DNA of 64,000 bases from Phyllobates terribilis (GCF_046119375.1 NW_027362765.1:118792001-118856000); one strand, 5' to 3'; numbered from the stretch's first letter, positions 11,478 through 24,691 are shown. A program made the numbers and translations. Notes: generated from the letters alone by a model not told the origin.

Positions 11478-11867
11478 AGGTGAAATCGATCAATAAAATC
11501 CACAGAGTTGGACGGAGTAGTTTTATTTCACTAGTGACGTGTAAGCTGAATCGATGTCAGTAATAGAGGTGGTCATTATGTGTACACAAGTCTCCAACCA
11601 TCCATCCCCTATATAAATGTAGTTACGTGACCTACAGCCACCACTAGAGGGAGCCTCCTGCTCACTGGTCATACACAGTACTTACTAATAAGGCACAGTA
11701 TACAGTAGGCTCCCCCAGGTGGTGGCTGCAGGAAGGCAGAATCATTTACCTCTATGCTGGAGATATGGAGCTCTGTACTAGAAAAATAGCGCTTCGATGC
11801 CTATAAAAATATATCAAGAAATTAATCAGCAGAAATTATTACACCTTATGATAGGTGGACATTCACT
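11478..11867. mobile_element. TTAA-flanked MITE (Kolobok/T2-like) with internal inverted CTCF-like motifs
   Basis: TTAA at 11474-11477 and 11868-11871; imperfect TIR AGGTGAA/ATTCACT; inverted arms at 11631-11656 and 11707-11732. Confidence 0.55.
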
Positions 11868-13782
11868 TTAAGCATGACTTTAGGGCTTTGATCATTAAAG
11901 GAGTTATCCAGGATTTTGATTATTTTTATATTATGGAGCTAAGATTTTACAGAGATGTAGTTGTTCGCCATCTGCCTTGTCCCTCTTTGCCGGCCATTCT
12001 GTAGCTTCCAGTGATGACACGTCAACAGAGAAGCTCTTTCTCTTCCACTCTGCTCTGTCGATGGGGCGTCACGGCCGATGTCATGCTGCTTCCCGCAGTT
12101 AGGCAGCAAGGAGCTGGCTGTCAATCAGCAGTGATGCCCCTTCAACGGAGAAGAATGTGAAAAGAAGCCGCACTGTCAATGTGTCATCACCGGACGCTGC
12201 AGGAGCGGTGTGTGACCCCTCTGAGCCAGCACCAAGCATAACAGATAGGTAGTTAGTTATCTGTAAGATCTTAGCCGTATACCAAAAAATAAGTAAAGCC
12301 CCAGCAAACATTATTAGATGCTGGGATTACGACTGAATATATTATATATTATTTTTGGCATACTATAGTCACACTAATATATAGTTATACAATTTATAGT
12401 CTCCTGCAGTCATGGTCAATATCTTTCACCTCCAATACTTCAAATGTTTCCAACCTACTGCAAAACTACAACTCCCAGCATTCTCTGACAGCCGCAGGTT
12501 GGAGGATACAGTTCTATTTACATCTTCTTTACTCTGTACTCACATATCAGGCTGTACATAGGGGTAACAAATCTACTTATAGATCCCCCTAGAAGGTAGC
12601 AAGTAGTACTGCTGCTTTAAAGTGTAAAATCCAAAGTTATGATCCAGTTCCTTAATATACTGGTAAGAGATCAAATATGGTGCTCTGAAGGCTAATGGCC
12701 ACCTCTTCTAGTGCACTCCATCCCACCAACACCCCTCACTATCCCTGGATATAAAGACTTGACTTATGTTGAGCTTTTCAGTCCCAAGGAAGGACAAGAT
12801 CCTCTGGACAGTTCTGCCCTCCCAGTTATAAAAATGCAGAGCCACGGGAGATGAGAGCACCGCCTTACGAGAAAGGATGCCGGGGCCGGCGTGAGATGAA
12901 CCCCAAAATCCTATGACTGATAAGGGTCCCCCCCCCCTACAGTATGCATGTCCTTAAAAGTTGTAAGAATATACTACCAGTCTGTCATTTGACTCAGTAT
13001 AGCCTGAGGATGATCCACCCACGTGCCCGGTCTCTAAGAAATGAAAAGGGGCTGCCCACTCAGGAAATCCCCGGTCCTGTATATACATCAGAGTGGGATA
13101 GTCCCTCTGCCTGGGATCCCCTTTGTCGTAGAGGACAATAAAGACCATTTATGATATGGCCACCCAATTTATTGAATTGAAATGGTAAACTATCAGCTGA
13201 TCACTAGGGACTTCCAACAGTCCAAAACTCTTGCCATCAACTGGAGTAGCTGCCACATAAAGCAACAGGCATCCCCTGTACTGGAACAAGACAGTCCTCC
13301 AGGGTGGAGCAGATCTCCACTTTGGCTAACAGAGACCCCCCAATCTGTCAGCTCCACATTCACAGGTTCATGTGGATAAGACAGAAGCCCCCTTTAATTC
13401 ACAGTAAGGGCCTTGTTATTACTTAGAGGGGTACGTGACCCCCCCCCAGGGACTTGCACTGCAATGTGGCTCTCACAGTGATGTAACAAACATCCAGGAC
13501 AAGGACACGATGGGACATCCAGCACAAATGGGTAAAGGAAAAACCTATTTATTCAGATACAGATTACGGATCTGATCCACAGAACAAAGACTTAAAACAA
13601 GCCAACAAAGGGTTTAAAAAAAAAAAAGGTTTGGAGTTGGCCCGTAAGTATTTTTATTAGATTTTTTTTTTTGCATCCTGTACGATGAAGAAGATAAAAC
13701 ATTCTTTGTCTGGGTCAACAGTGAAAACTTCTCCTCCCTTGCCTCCACCTTTCCGATTTATCTGGGTCCGGTGGGCGGAGGT

Positions 13783-13920
13783 CTATCTGCGGATCATGTA
13801 GGAGGCCAACAGGACGACTCCGGCCAGCGTCACTCCAGTGAGCAGCCACTTCCCGAAGCGTTCCTGACTCTCTCTGGATTTGGCTGCGGCATCGCTCCCA
13901 TAAAGGCTGACAAAAGCTTC
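13783..13920 (-). CDS. BCL2L1: Bcl-xL last coding exon (BH2 end plus TM anchor)
   Basis: cag|GAA; EAFVSLYGSDAAAKSRESQERFGKWLLTGVTLAGVVLLASYMIRR*; TAG at 13783-13785. Confidence 0.95.
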   Translation of the reverse strand, partial: EAFVSLYGSDAAAKSRESQERFGKWLLTGVTLAGVVLLASYMIRR

Positions 13921-14980
13921 CTGTGGGGAAGGAAAAGGAGGTTAATAAAACAAAAATGACCGGCACTGACATCAGAGGGACACAGGAGCCCCTCCAGAGG
14001 AATCCATCAGCAGACCACTTCTGGATTATCCTGGATTGCTGCTACACGTGTGAGAGGATGCAATGTGGCACCAATGCCATTAAAGAGTGCACTGAGTGTC
14101 AACAACCTGCCTCCACAGACCCCAAGTCAGCACATATACCCACATCGCTCTCTATTTTTCTGCCCAGGCAAGAGTGCCCATATTACTTGCAGGCCGCTCT
14201 CAGCTCTGCCCACAAGACTGGTGTGACTGTGACCACCTTTACAGAACAAGAGGACAGGAGATGATTTCCTCACAAGCCACATATCTTCTGGCCAGCTCTC
14301 CCTGTGCAGGAATGTCTCAGGCATCAGCGACATGTTTACATGCGGCTACAGAAGAATGAACTGTGATCTGTGGAGCGGCCGGCTAAGTCCAGGCATGAAT
14401 CCCAGTTCTGTTCTCAGGAGTGTACCCGGTAGGAGGTGAGGAGAAGACAATAACATTCTTCACATTGCTCACCAACTATTCATCATCATCAGTGAACTCA
14501 CCCATAGTAACCAGCCTGTAGCAAAGGTGAACACAACCCTGATGAGCTCACAGACGGGTGCACCTTTATGACTTTTAACATTATTTTACCTATTAAGCAA
14601 CTCTGCAAACACTTCACTTGTCTTGTTACAATATGTCTTCATAGAGATGAGCAATGTGAGTCACACTGCCCTGATCTGACGTCAGTCTGGTCCTTCATGG
14701 CAGCTGGTCTTTCCTTCTGCACCCGGCATCCTGGGTGCCTTTTGCACTTACAATGACGACGTGAGCCTATTAAGTACCAGTAGGGTCCAGGATATCAGGC
14801 GCAGATTTGCAGACTGGCTGCCATGGAGGACCAAACCGGACTCTGGACAGCAAGAACCTAATTGATCATCTCTAGGTCTTATCCCATAGTCACATACAGA
14901 GCTGTGCTGATTTTCTGTTAGCTCTCAGGCTGCACGTCAACCAATTTAAATTTTGCTCCTATTACTTTTCAGTGTCTTAA

Positions 14981-15245
14981 AAGGGGTTGGCCATTACTTT
15001 TTTTTTTTATTCATGGCCTATCCTTAGGATAAGCCATCAATATCTGATCGGTGGGGGAGCAATATCAGCACCTTCAATACCCGGCCACAGTCACTACATA
15101 AATGACAGAGCTGCTGTGTTCTGGGAGCATCCGAGAACTTATGGCTGCCACTGGTAACAGCTGATCGACAGGAGTGCCAGGTATCGCACCCCCACTCATC
15201 AGATATTGAGGACAGGCCGTCAATAAAAAGTAGTGGCCAACCTCT
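14981..15245. mobile_element. Kolobok/T2-like MITE in BCL2L1 intron
   Basis: TTAA-flanked; TIR AGGGGTTGGCCATTACTTTT / AAAAGTAGTGGCCAACCTCT. Confidence 0.85.
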
Positions 15246-16737
15246 TTAAGTAGGCCATCTAAAGTGCTTGGGGGCCTCCTGACATGTCTCTTGGCTAAGC
15301 ATGCGTGTGTATAGGGGGGAAATCGAGACTGGCAGCCATCAGTCAGACGAGCTGACAGACATCCAATATGTGCGGCCTTATGATCTGTTGAGGTGAATTG
15401 TGGGTGAACAATACGTCACAGTTCTCGATTCACAAATAATTCAAGATTCTGGGTTCCGTCTTGACTTCTGGATGCATTCAACATCCCTCCGGGGACAGTC
15501 TTGTGACAAACAGCTTGTCTATATCACTAATGTCCCAGCTCCCACAAAGCACTGCTCTTGCATGCATTTCCCATAACACACTGCACCTCAATGCATTGCA
15601 TTATGGGACCTGGGCTAAGTTCTCAGAAATTCACATTTCAATCTGCACCTAGCAAAATCCAACAGAACATGCCCTGATGTGCAGCACTGAGGGAGATATA
15701 GTGTTCACGCCACAACAGTGCAGTGGTCTCCAAACTACAGGAACCAGGAGGTCACACAAGGTCAGGAGTCTCCAATGACATCACTACACTTGGGGTGGAG
15801 CTACACGGTGACATTAGCCTCCAGCACCATCGCCTGTACCGGAAGCTCCTGCACTGGTGGTTCAATTATAAAGTCTCTTGCCCTAGATTCTCCCAGTAAC
15901 AGATGCTGGGTAATATTGGGTTGGCACACTGTTGCATATATATGCACGTCCCCAATAAATTTGGTTTTAGCTGCTGAGGAAAGTTGGCGGATGGGCCGGA
16001 GAGTTGTACTTTGAGGGAGAAGATGGGTTTCAATGCTAAGCTACATGACATACAGGAACAGTAGGCTGCGGAGGGTGCGCTGTTCAGAGCAATAACTACA
16101 GTAATATATTTAGTGAATGGGACGTCTGGAATTCCCCTCTTCCACCAAAACATCCCCACAGGTATGAGGAACATGAATAAATGAAGTCGCTGGCACTGTT
16201 GCCAGTAAGTAGGGACTCTCTGCATTATGCCACCCACAGGCGGACTCTCTCAGTCAATACTCAGCTAGGTAAATAGCTGTGCAAGCAGAAGTCCCCTCGT
16301 CAGGTGATGTTCCCTGAGCAGAAAGCGCAGGACTGACAAAGAGACCTGGTGATTAAAAAAGGCCCTATAACCATCAATACTAAAACACATAGGGGTTCTG
16401 ATTCTGGAGTCTAAGGTGGATGACATTCAACATGTCCTATGGCAAGTAACTGGGGGTCAACAATCAGCAAATCATTAAGCACCCACGAGGTGCGAGGGGG
16501 GTGAGGACTTGCATCAGACTAGAGAGAGGAATGATGAAGATGTGAGCAAATGACTAAATCATTTTCTTTGCCCCCATCTATGACCAACAGTTCATCCCCA
16601 CTTATTGCCAATTCTCCACAGTATAAAGTCACTGATCCTAAACTGCTCAAACACTAGCCATGCCCTCACTGACCCTCTATTCACCCACCTTCAAAGTCTT
16701 GTGACCCACAGCCCATCCACCCAAGCCCACTGCTCAC

Positions 16738-17226
16738 CCAGCCTCCATTTGTTTGTATCCATGGTCCTAGGGCCGTGTCCAGAAAGGTGGCCATCCACTC
16801 AATAATCCTAGGTATCAGATCTTCCATTTCCTTGTCTGCACTTTCAAAGCACAACGCCCCCCCAAAAGAGAAAAAAGCTACAATGCGTCCCCAGTTTATG
16901 CCGTCTCTGAACAGCTCGTGCACCACCTGCTCGAAGCTCTGATACGCAGTGTCCTGGGTGATGTGCAGCTGGCAGGTGAGGTCGCTGAATGCCCTGCGAT
17001 ACCTCAACTCAAACTCAACCGAGGCGTCCAGCAGCGTCTGCAGCACATCTTCAGCCACGCTGTCTGGCAGGGGTGCAGCAGCTTGGGCACCGGCCTGGGC
17101 AGTGGGTGAGGATCCATTCAGCAGTACTGCAGGCTCGGCATCACTGCAGCAGCTCAGGTTAAAGCCTTTCTGCGAAAGTTTCTTGCATATAAAGTTATGT
17201 ACAAGATTCTTATTGCCTCCGTCCAT
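16738..17226 (-). CDS. BCL2L1: Bcl-xL first coding exon (BH4, loop, BH3, BH1, BH2)
   Basis: Strong-Kozak ATG at 17226; MDGGNKNLVHNFICKKLSQKG...EFELRYRRAFSDL...ELFRDGINWGRIVAFFSFGG...WIQTNGGW|GTGAGC. Acceptor at 17252. With 13783-13920 gives 208 aa. Confidence 0.96.
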
Positions 17227-17697
17227 CTTCAGGAGTGAGAACATATCATGTCCTGGAATAGAGAGGCCGCAGCTGACCACAGCACCACATGGAAGCAGAG
17301 AGATGGACGTCAGGTGGTAGGAGACGTGGATCTAGAGTTCCCAGTGAAAGGACATAATGGGAATCACTCAGGCCTGATGGAAATAAACCCAAATGGACTG
17401 GTGACTGAGGGGAAAATGGTGATCATCTGCAAAAGAAGGAAGAGCATCAAAAAGAGGAATCTAGGAACATAATGACAAACAGCTCATACAGAAAGCAAGG
17501 AACGATCGGCATCTCCTGTCTATAGCAAAACTGATGTTATGTGACATGTTCCTCCTATAAGACCGGAGGATACAGCACAAATGTCAAATTCTCTTCCCTG
17601 GGCGGAGTATCCTCCTGTAACTCCACAACGTATGAGCTGTAAGACAACTGAGGAAAGAAGTGACACCTGATCTACGCTTCTATAGAAGCTGTCATTT

Positions 17698-18716
17698 ATC
17701 AAGAACACAACTGCTATAATACTGCCCCCCATGGACAAGAACACAACTGCTATAATACTGCCCCCCATGGACAAGAACACAACTGCTATAATACTGCCCC
17801 CCATGCACAAGAACACAACTGCTATAATACAGCCCCCCCATGTACAAGAACACAACTGCTATAATACAGCCCCCCATGTACAAGAACACAACTGCTATAA
17901 TACAGCCCCCCATGTACAAGAACACAACTGCTATAATACAGCCCCCCATGTACAAGAACACAACTGCTATAATACAGCCCCCCATGTACAAGAACACAAC
18001 TGCTATAATACAGCCCCCCATGTACAAGAACACAACTGCTATAATACTGCCCCCCATGTACAAGAACACAACTGCTATAATACTGCCCCCCATGTACAAG
18101 AACACAACTGCTATAATACTGCCCCCCATGTACAAGAACACAACTGCTATAACACTGCCCCCTATGTACAACAATATAACTACTATAATACTGCCCCCCT
18201 ATGTACAACAATATAACTACTATAATACTGCCCCCCTATGTACAACAATATAACTACTATAATACTGCCCCCTATGTACAACAATATAACTACTATAATA
18301 CTGCCCCCTATGTACAAGAATATAACTACTATAATACTGCCCCCTATATACAAGAATATAACTACTATAATACAGCTCCCATGTACACGAATATAATTAC
18401 TCTAATACTGTCCCCTATGTACAAGAATATAACTACTCTAATACTGCCCCCTATGTACAAGAATATAACTACTATAATACTGCCCTATGTACAAGAATAT
18501 AGCTACTATAATACTGCCCCATATGTACAAGAATATAACTACTCTAATACTGCCCCCTATGTACAAGAATATAACTACTATAATACTGCCCCCTATGTAC
18601 AAGAATATAACTACTATAATACTGCCTCCTATGTACAAGAATATAACTACTCTAATACTGCCTCCTATGTACAAGAATATAACTACTCTAATACTGCCCC
18701 CTATGTACAAGAACAC
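17698..18716. repeat. 36-bp minisatellite, ~1 kb, in BCL2L1 5' intron
   Basis: About 28 units (ACAAGAACACAACTGCTATAATACAGCCCCCCATGT and TATAACTAC variants). Confidence 0.95.
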
Positions 18717-19649
18717 AATGATGCACGTGAGTAGCGCTGGACATTCAGACAGTGGAGGAGTGCTTCGGACTACATCTGCAGTGAGCTTTGCTTCCTGTGG
18801 TCTGAGAAATGCTCAGACAATCCACCGATTGTCAGCGGCACACAGGAGGGTGCGGAGTACATTTGCTATGTTGTTTTAGGTCATGTTCCAGGAAAGTGAT
18901 TCAGAGAGTGGACATCCTGTGATGATGGAATATAGCAGCACTAAAAGGAAATATGGCAATATAGTGAGCTGCAGTGTAATAACAGTATTACACACCGGCC
19001 AGAGAGCACATGATCAGGGGCTCCTGACAGACATCAATGGAGGTCAGGAGCTGCAGATTGAACAAACTCTACAACAACCGCCCATGAGTCAGAGCAGAAG
19101 TATAGTGTGCAGGAGGGATCAGCAGGCATGCTGGGACTTGTAGCTCCACACCTGCCATCATCTGTTCTCAAGAAAGACCCCAAAAGCATTAAATGGGACT
19201 CCTGAAATCATTGTGGCCACTGGATGCTTGGCATGGGGTAATGAAATATGATCCAGAGACATGGCTCAGGGAACACTACCTGATCCCATAGGCCACTATG
19301 GGGAATTTAAAGGGGAACATCCAGTTGAATAAGAGGCAGCATCCCCTTAGATGAATGGCAGAGCGATAGATTGCAAAGCTTTATGGGAATTTACAATGAG
19401 GAGCCCCTGAGATAAATGCAGATTAAGGGGGGCCATCACAAATGGGGCCCCCCACAATATGGACTAGTCCACATTGGACAATACCTTACACTCCACAGGT
19501 AGGAAGATGGGTACATACCGCACACAGCACAGCCTGGTGTGAGGCAGAGAGCTGGAATAAACAGCTATAAATCTCTGACAGGACACACACCCATTCTAAA
19601 TATGTCCACACCCCGGACACAGGGAAGGAGGCGGGTCCGGGATACTCAC

Positions 19650-19880
19650 ACAGCAGGGGCCCCGCCGGGCTCTCCGTCTGTCCCTCCGGGGACACCTACA
19701 CCTCTCTGTCCCCCTCACAACCCCGAGAGACGCTCTGTCCACCGAAGCTCCACCCCTTCCCTTAGTGACCGAGCACAGCCAATCAGGGGGTGCGGCAGTG
19801 AGAGGACCGTTGTCCTGGCAGCGCCCGCAAGCTCTGAGCATGCGCAGCGACAGTGAACTACATTTCCCGAGATGCAATGC
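19650..19880 (-). promoter_or_regulatory. Probable BCL2L1 non-coding first exon and promoter
   Basis: CpG-rich; minus-strand donor GTGAGT at 19649-19644; CCAAT 19779-19783; NRF1-like GCATGCGCA ~19838; ZNF143/Staf-type AACTACATTTCCCGAGATGC 19856-19875. TSS not determinable from sequence. Confidence 0.65.
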
Positions 19881-19914
19881 TTCTAGGGAGGCTGAGAAAA
19901 GGACTGCGTCATGC

Positions 19915-20645
19915 TCGGCGACGGCCATATCGTATTTGTCCAATTTTTTTTTGTCATTTGGGGCTGAAGTTGGCTTCTTATTACGCAATTTTTTTAAAAC
20001 ATTTTTTTACAGGTTTAATAACAAAAACAAAGAATCACAATGATCAAATACAAATGACCTTGGACCACTGATATCACGCAGCATGCACACAGCTAGTGAT
20101 GGCCCTCAACAACTTCAGGTGACTCCAGCCAGGCCAAAATGGGTTCTGGGTATCAGAGCTGGCGTCAAAGTGGGTAGGCTGTCAATTGTGACCATTTGAA
20201 TAAGTGACTGGTGATTTTAAAGGGTTAAATGACTTTGGGCCACTGATCTCACACTGACCTGGCCCAAAGAAAAATTGCTATTGCCCACTGTGATGCCAGT
20301 TCTGATGCCCAGAACCCATTTGGGCCAGGCTGGAGTGACCTGAATATGATGACGGCCATCACTATCTGTGTGCCTGCAGTGTGAGATCAGTGGTCCATCT
20401 CATTTAACCCTTTCAAGAACACCCTTTGGTGCCTACGTTGATGCCCATTTTTGTGCCAGTTTCACATGTTTTGCAGCTGTATTCACATCAGGGCACCTCA
20501 CTGCATTGTAATTTATTATTGTGATTTTTTTTATTTTTGTTATTATACCTGTAAAAAAAATTGAAAAAATTTGCTGAATAAGAAACCAACTTCAGCACCA
20601 TTTGAAAATAGTGGTGACAAATCACAGATATACCGAGGCAATGCT
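19915..20645. mobile_element. ~730-bp foldback/palindromic MITE
   Basis: Arms match as reverse complements (e.g. 19960-19994 vs 20566-20600; 20061-20107 vs 20350-20397). Confidence 0.8.
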
Positions 20646-20709
20646 GGCGATTTAGAATAAATTTTTTATTCTGAGGGCATGTGTAGCGGTGCGCGAAAAG
20701 TTGTACCTG

Positions 20710-21155
20710 CCCCAGAACCAGACCCCTAAATAAATCCAGACCAGACTCCTAAATAAATATAGACCCCAGACCAGACCTCTAAATCCAGACACCTAAATAA
20801 TTCCAGACCCTAGACCAGATCCCTAAATCCAGACTCCAGACCAGATCACTAAATAAATCCAGACCCCAGACCATACCGTTAAATATAGACCCTAGACTAT
20901 ACCCCTAAATCCTGACCCTAGACCTGAACCCTAAATCCAGATTCTAGACCAGAACCCTAAATCAAGACCCTACATGGGAACCCTGAATCCAGACCCCAGA
21001 CCAGATCCATACATCCAGAACAGATATCTAAATACAGACCCCAGATAAGACCTCTAAATACAGACCCCTATACAAATACAGATTCAGACCCCTAAATAAA
21101 TATAGACCTCAGAGCAGAACCCTAAACAAATATAGACCCCTAGGCCAGACTCCTT
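20710..21155. repeat. Low-complexity AGACCC/TAAAT tandem array
   Basis: Irregular CCAGACCCCTAAATAAAT-like units. Confidence 0.85.
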
Positions 21156-21749
21156 AAATGGGCATTCCCATCTCCAAGATCCTATTTCAATATGTAGTAT
21201 GTATAATAATAATAATAATAATACTCCAGTTAGAAATGTAGTATAGTTCTTCTGATTCGCTATGTAGCTTACCCCATGTGCAGGGCATTGCAGTAACTTA
21301 GGTAACCATGGTTACAACCAGGGCCGTAATGACCATTGTCGCAGCTGTAGCCGCTCGGCAGGTGAGAGGACAGCTGATGCCAGCAAATACTTCAGCTAGA
21401 TGTGCATCCTCGGACCCACATTCAGCTGAAGTGTATTGCTGTGCACAGACCCATCGGGTCCGTTCGGCAATACACGCTGGCGGGAAATCAGAGGCCAGCA
21501 GCTGACGTCGGCGTGCACGTGACCGGGGGCGCGTGGCAGTGACATCATGCACTCCCAGCACTTGCACGCTGCAGTCAGCTGCCGGCTTCAGCAGAGTACG
21601 CTGCGCGGCAGGGGAGCGCAGGGAAGGTGAGTATAATCTTTTTTTTAAATCAGTGAGTGCACGGTGCCTGTGGCCATACTACTGAATGGATGACTATAGG
21701 CTGTGTATTATACTACATGAATGACTATGGGCTGTGCATTATACTACTA

Positions 21750-22274
21750 CCCCTGGTCAATGTCATGGCCTGAAAATAGTCCGGATCTCAATCCAATTGA
21801 AAATCTTGGTGGAAGTTGAAGAAAATGGTCCATGACAAGGCTCCAACCTGCAAAGCTTTTCTAGCAACAGCAATCAGAGAAAGTTGGAGCCAGATTGATG
21901 AAGAGTACTGTTTGTCACTCATTAAGTCCATGCCTCAGAGACTGCAAGCTGTTATTAAAGCCAGAGGTGGTGCAACAAAATACTAGTGATGTATTGGAGT
22001 GTTCTTTTGTGGGTTTGTTTTTCATGATTCCATAATTTTTTCCTCAGAATTGAGTGATTCCATAATTTTTTTCCTCTGCTTGGTCTGAAAAAAATTACCC
22101 TTACTGAGTACCACATTTTCTATCTTGATTACTTCTGTGTTTTTTAAAGCCCTAAAGTTGCCATTTGAAATGACTTTGGTTTTGTGCCATCACAGGATCT
22201 GCTTTTTTTCAACATTAAACAACTGAATGAACATCCTCCGAGCCCGGTGATTCCATAATTTTTGCCAGGGGTTG
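21750..22274 (+). mobile_element. Deleted Tc1 element (transposase C-terminus plus right TIR)
   Basis: [10 protein letters not shown]-coding remnant; ends GATTCCATAATTTTTGCCAGGGGTTG|TA. Confidence 0.8.
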
Positions 22275-22317
22275 TATATGGATTACTATGGGCTGTGCAT
22301 TACACTATATATATATA

Positions 22318-23108
<791 letters not shown>

Positions 23109-23114
23109 TATATA

Positions 23115-24683
23115 CACTGCTCAAAAAAATAAAAGGAACACTTAAACAACACAATGTAACTCCAAGTCAATAACACTTCTGTGAAATCTACCTGTCCAGT
23201 TATGAAGCAACACTGATTGTGAATCAATTTATCCTGCTGTTGTGCAAGTGGAACAGACAACTGGTAGAAATGATAGGCAATTAGCAAGATACCCCCTATA
23301 AAGGTGTGGTTCTGCAGGTGGTGACCACAGACCAATTCTCTGTTCTCATCCTTTTTGGCTGTTGTTTTGGTCACTTCTTCATTTTGCCATTGCTCTCACC
23401 CCTAGAGGTACAGTAGCATAAGGCGGTGTCTACAGTACATCACACAGAAGTTGCTCAGGTAGTGCAGTTCATCCAGGATGGCACATCAATGCGAGCTGTG
23501 GCAAGAAGAGTAGCTGTGTCTGTCAGCACAGTGTCCAGAGCATGGAGCACATACCAGGACATGTGGAGGGAGCCATAGGAGAGCAACAACCCAGCAGCAG
23601 GACCGTTACCTCCTCCTTTGTGAAGGAGGAACAGGAGGAGCACTGCCAGAGCCCTGCAAAATGACCTCCAGCAGGCCACAAATGTGCATGCGTATGCACA
23701 AACGGTTAGAAACCGACTCCATGAGGGTGGTATGAGGGCCCGACGTCCACAGATGGGGGTTGTGCTCACAGCCCAACACCGTGCAGGACGCTTAGCATTT
23801 GCCACAGAACACCAGGATTGGCAAAGTTGCGACTGGCGCCCTGTGCTCTTCACAGATGAAAGCAGGTTCACACTGAGCACATGAGACAGACGTGACAGAG
23901 TCTGGAGACGCCGTGGAGAGTGATGTGCTGCCTTCAACATCCTTCAGCATGACCGGTTTGGCAGTGGGTCAGTAATGGTGTGGGGTGGCATTTCTTTGGA
24001 GGGCCGCACAGCCCTCCATGTGCTCGACAGAGGTTGCCTGACTGCCCTTAGGTACGAGATGAGATCCTCAGACCCCTTAGGAGACCATATGCTGGTGCGG
24101 TTGGCCCTGGGTTCCTCCTAATGCAGGACAATGCCAGATCTCATGTGGCTGGAGTGTGTCAGCAGTTCCTGCAAGATGAAGGCATTGAAGCTATGGACTG
24201 GCCTCCCATTCCCCAGACCTGAATCCGATTGAGCACATCTGGGACATCATGTCTCGCTCCATCCACCAACGTCATGTTTCACTACAGACTGTCCAGGAGT
24301 TGGCAGATGCTTTAGTCCAGGTCTGGGAGGAGATCCCACAGGAGACCATCCGCAACTTCATCAGGAGCATGCCCAGGCGTTGTAGGGAGGTCATACAGGC
24401 ACATGGAGGCCACACACAATACTGAGCCTCATTTTGACTTGTTTTAAGGACATTACATCAAAGTTGGATCAGTCTGTAGTGTGTTTTTCCACTTTAATTT
24501 TGGGGGTGACTCCAAATCCAGGCCTCCATTGGTTAATAAATTTGATTTCCATTGATGATTTTTGTGTGATTTTGTTGTCAGCACATTCAACTTTGTACAG
24601 AACAAAGTATTCAATGAGAATATTTCATTCATTCAGATCTAGGATGTGCTATTTGAGTGTTCCCTTTATTTTTTTGAGCAGTG
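23115..24683 (+). mobile_element. Near full-length DD34E Tc1 element, transposase disrupted
   Basis: TA|CACTGCTCAAAAAAATAAA ... TTTATTTTTTTGAGCAGTG|TA; VLFTDESRF motif; stops and frameshifts. Confidence 0.9.
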
Positions 24684-24691
24684 TATATATA

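Noticed and set aside
16681-17280. 199-aa ORF as the full BCL2L1 product
   Set aside because: The ORF caller extends through the upstream acceptor and into the intron; the spliced two-exon model (208 aa with TM anchor) fits the family.
17692-18879. Several 90-180 aa ORFs on both strands
   Set aside because: They are translations of the 36-bp minisatellite (unit divisible by 3, stop-free); no evidence of coding function.
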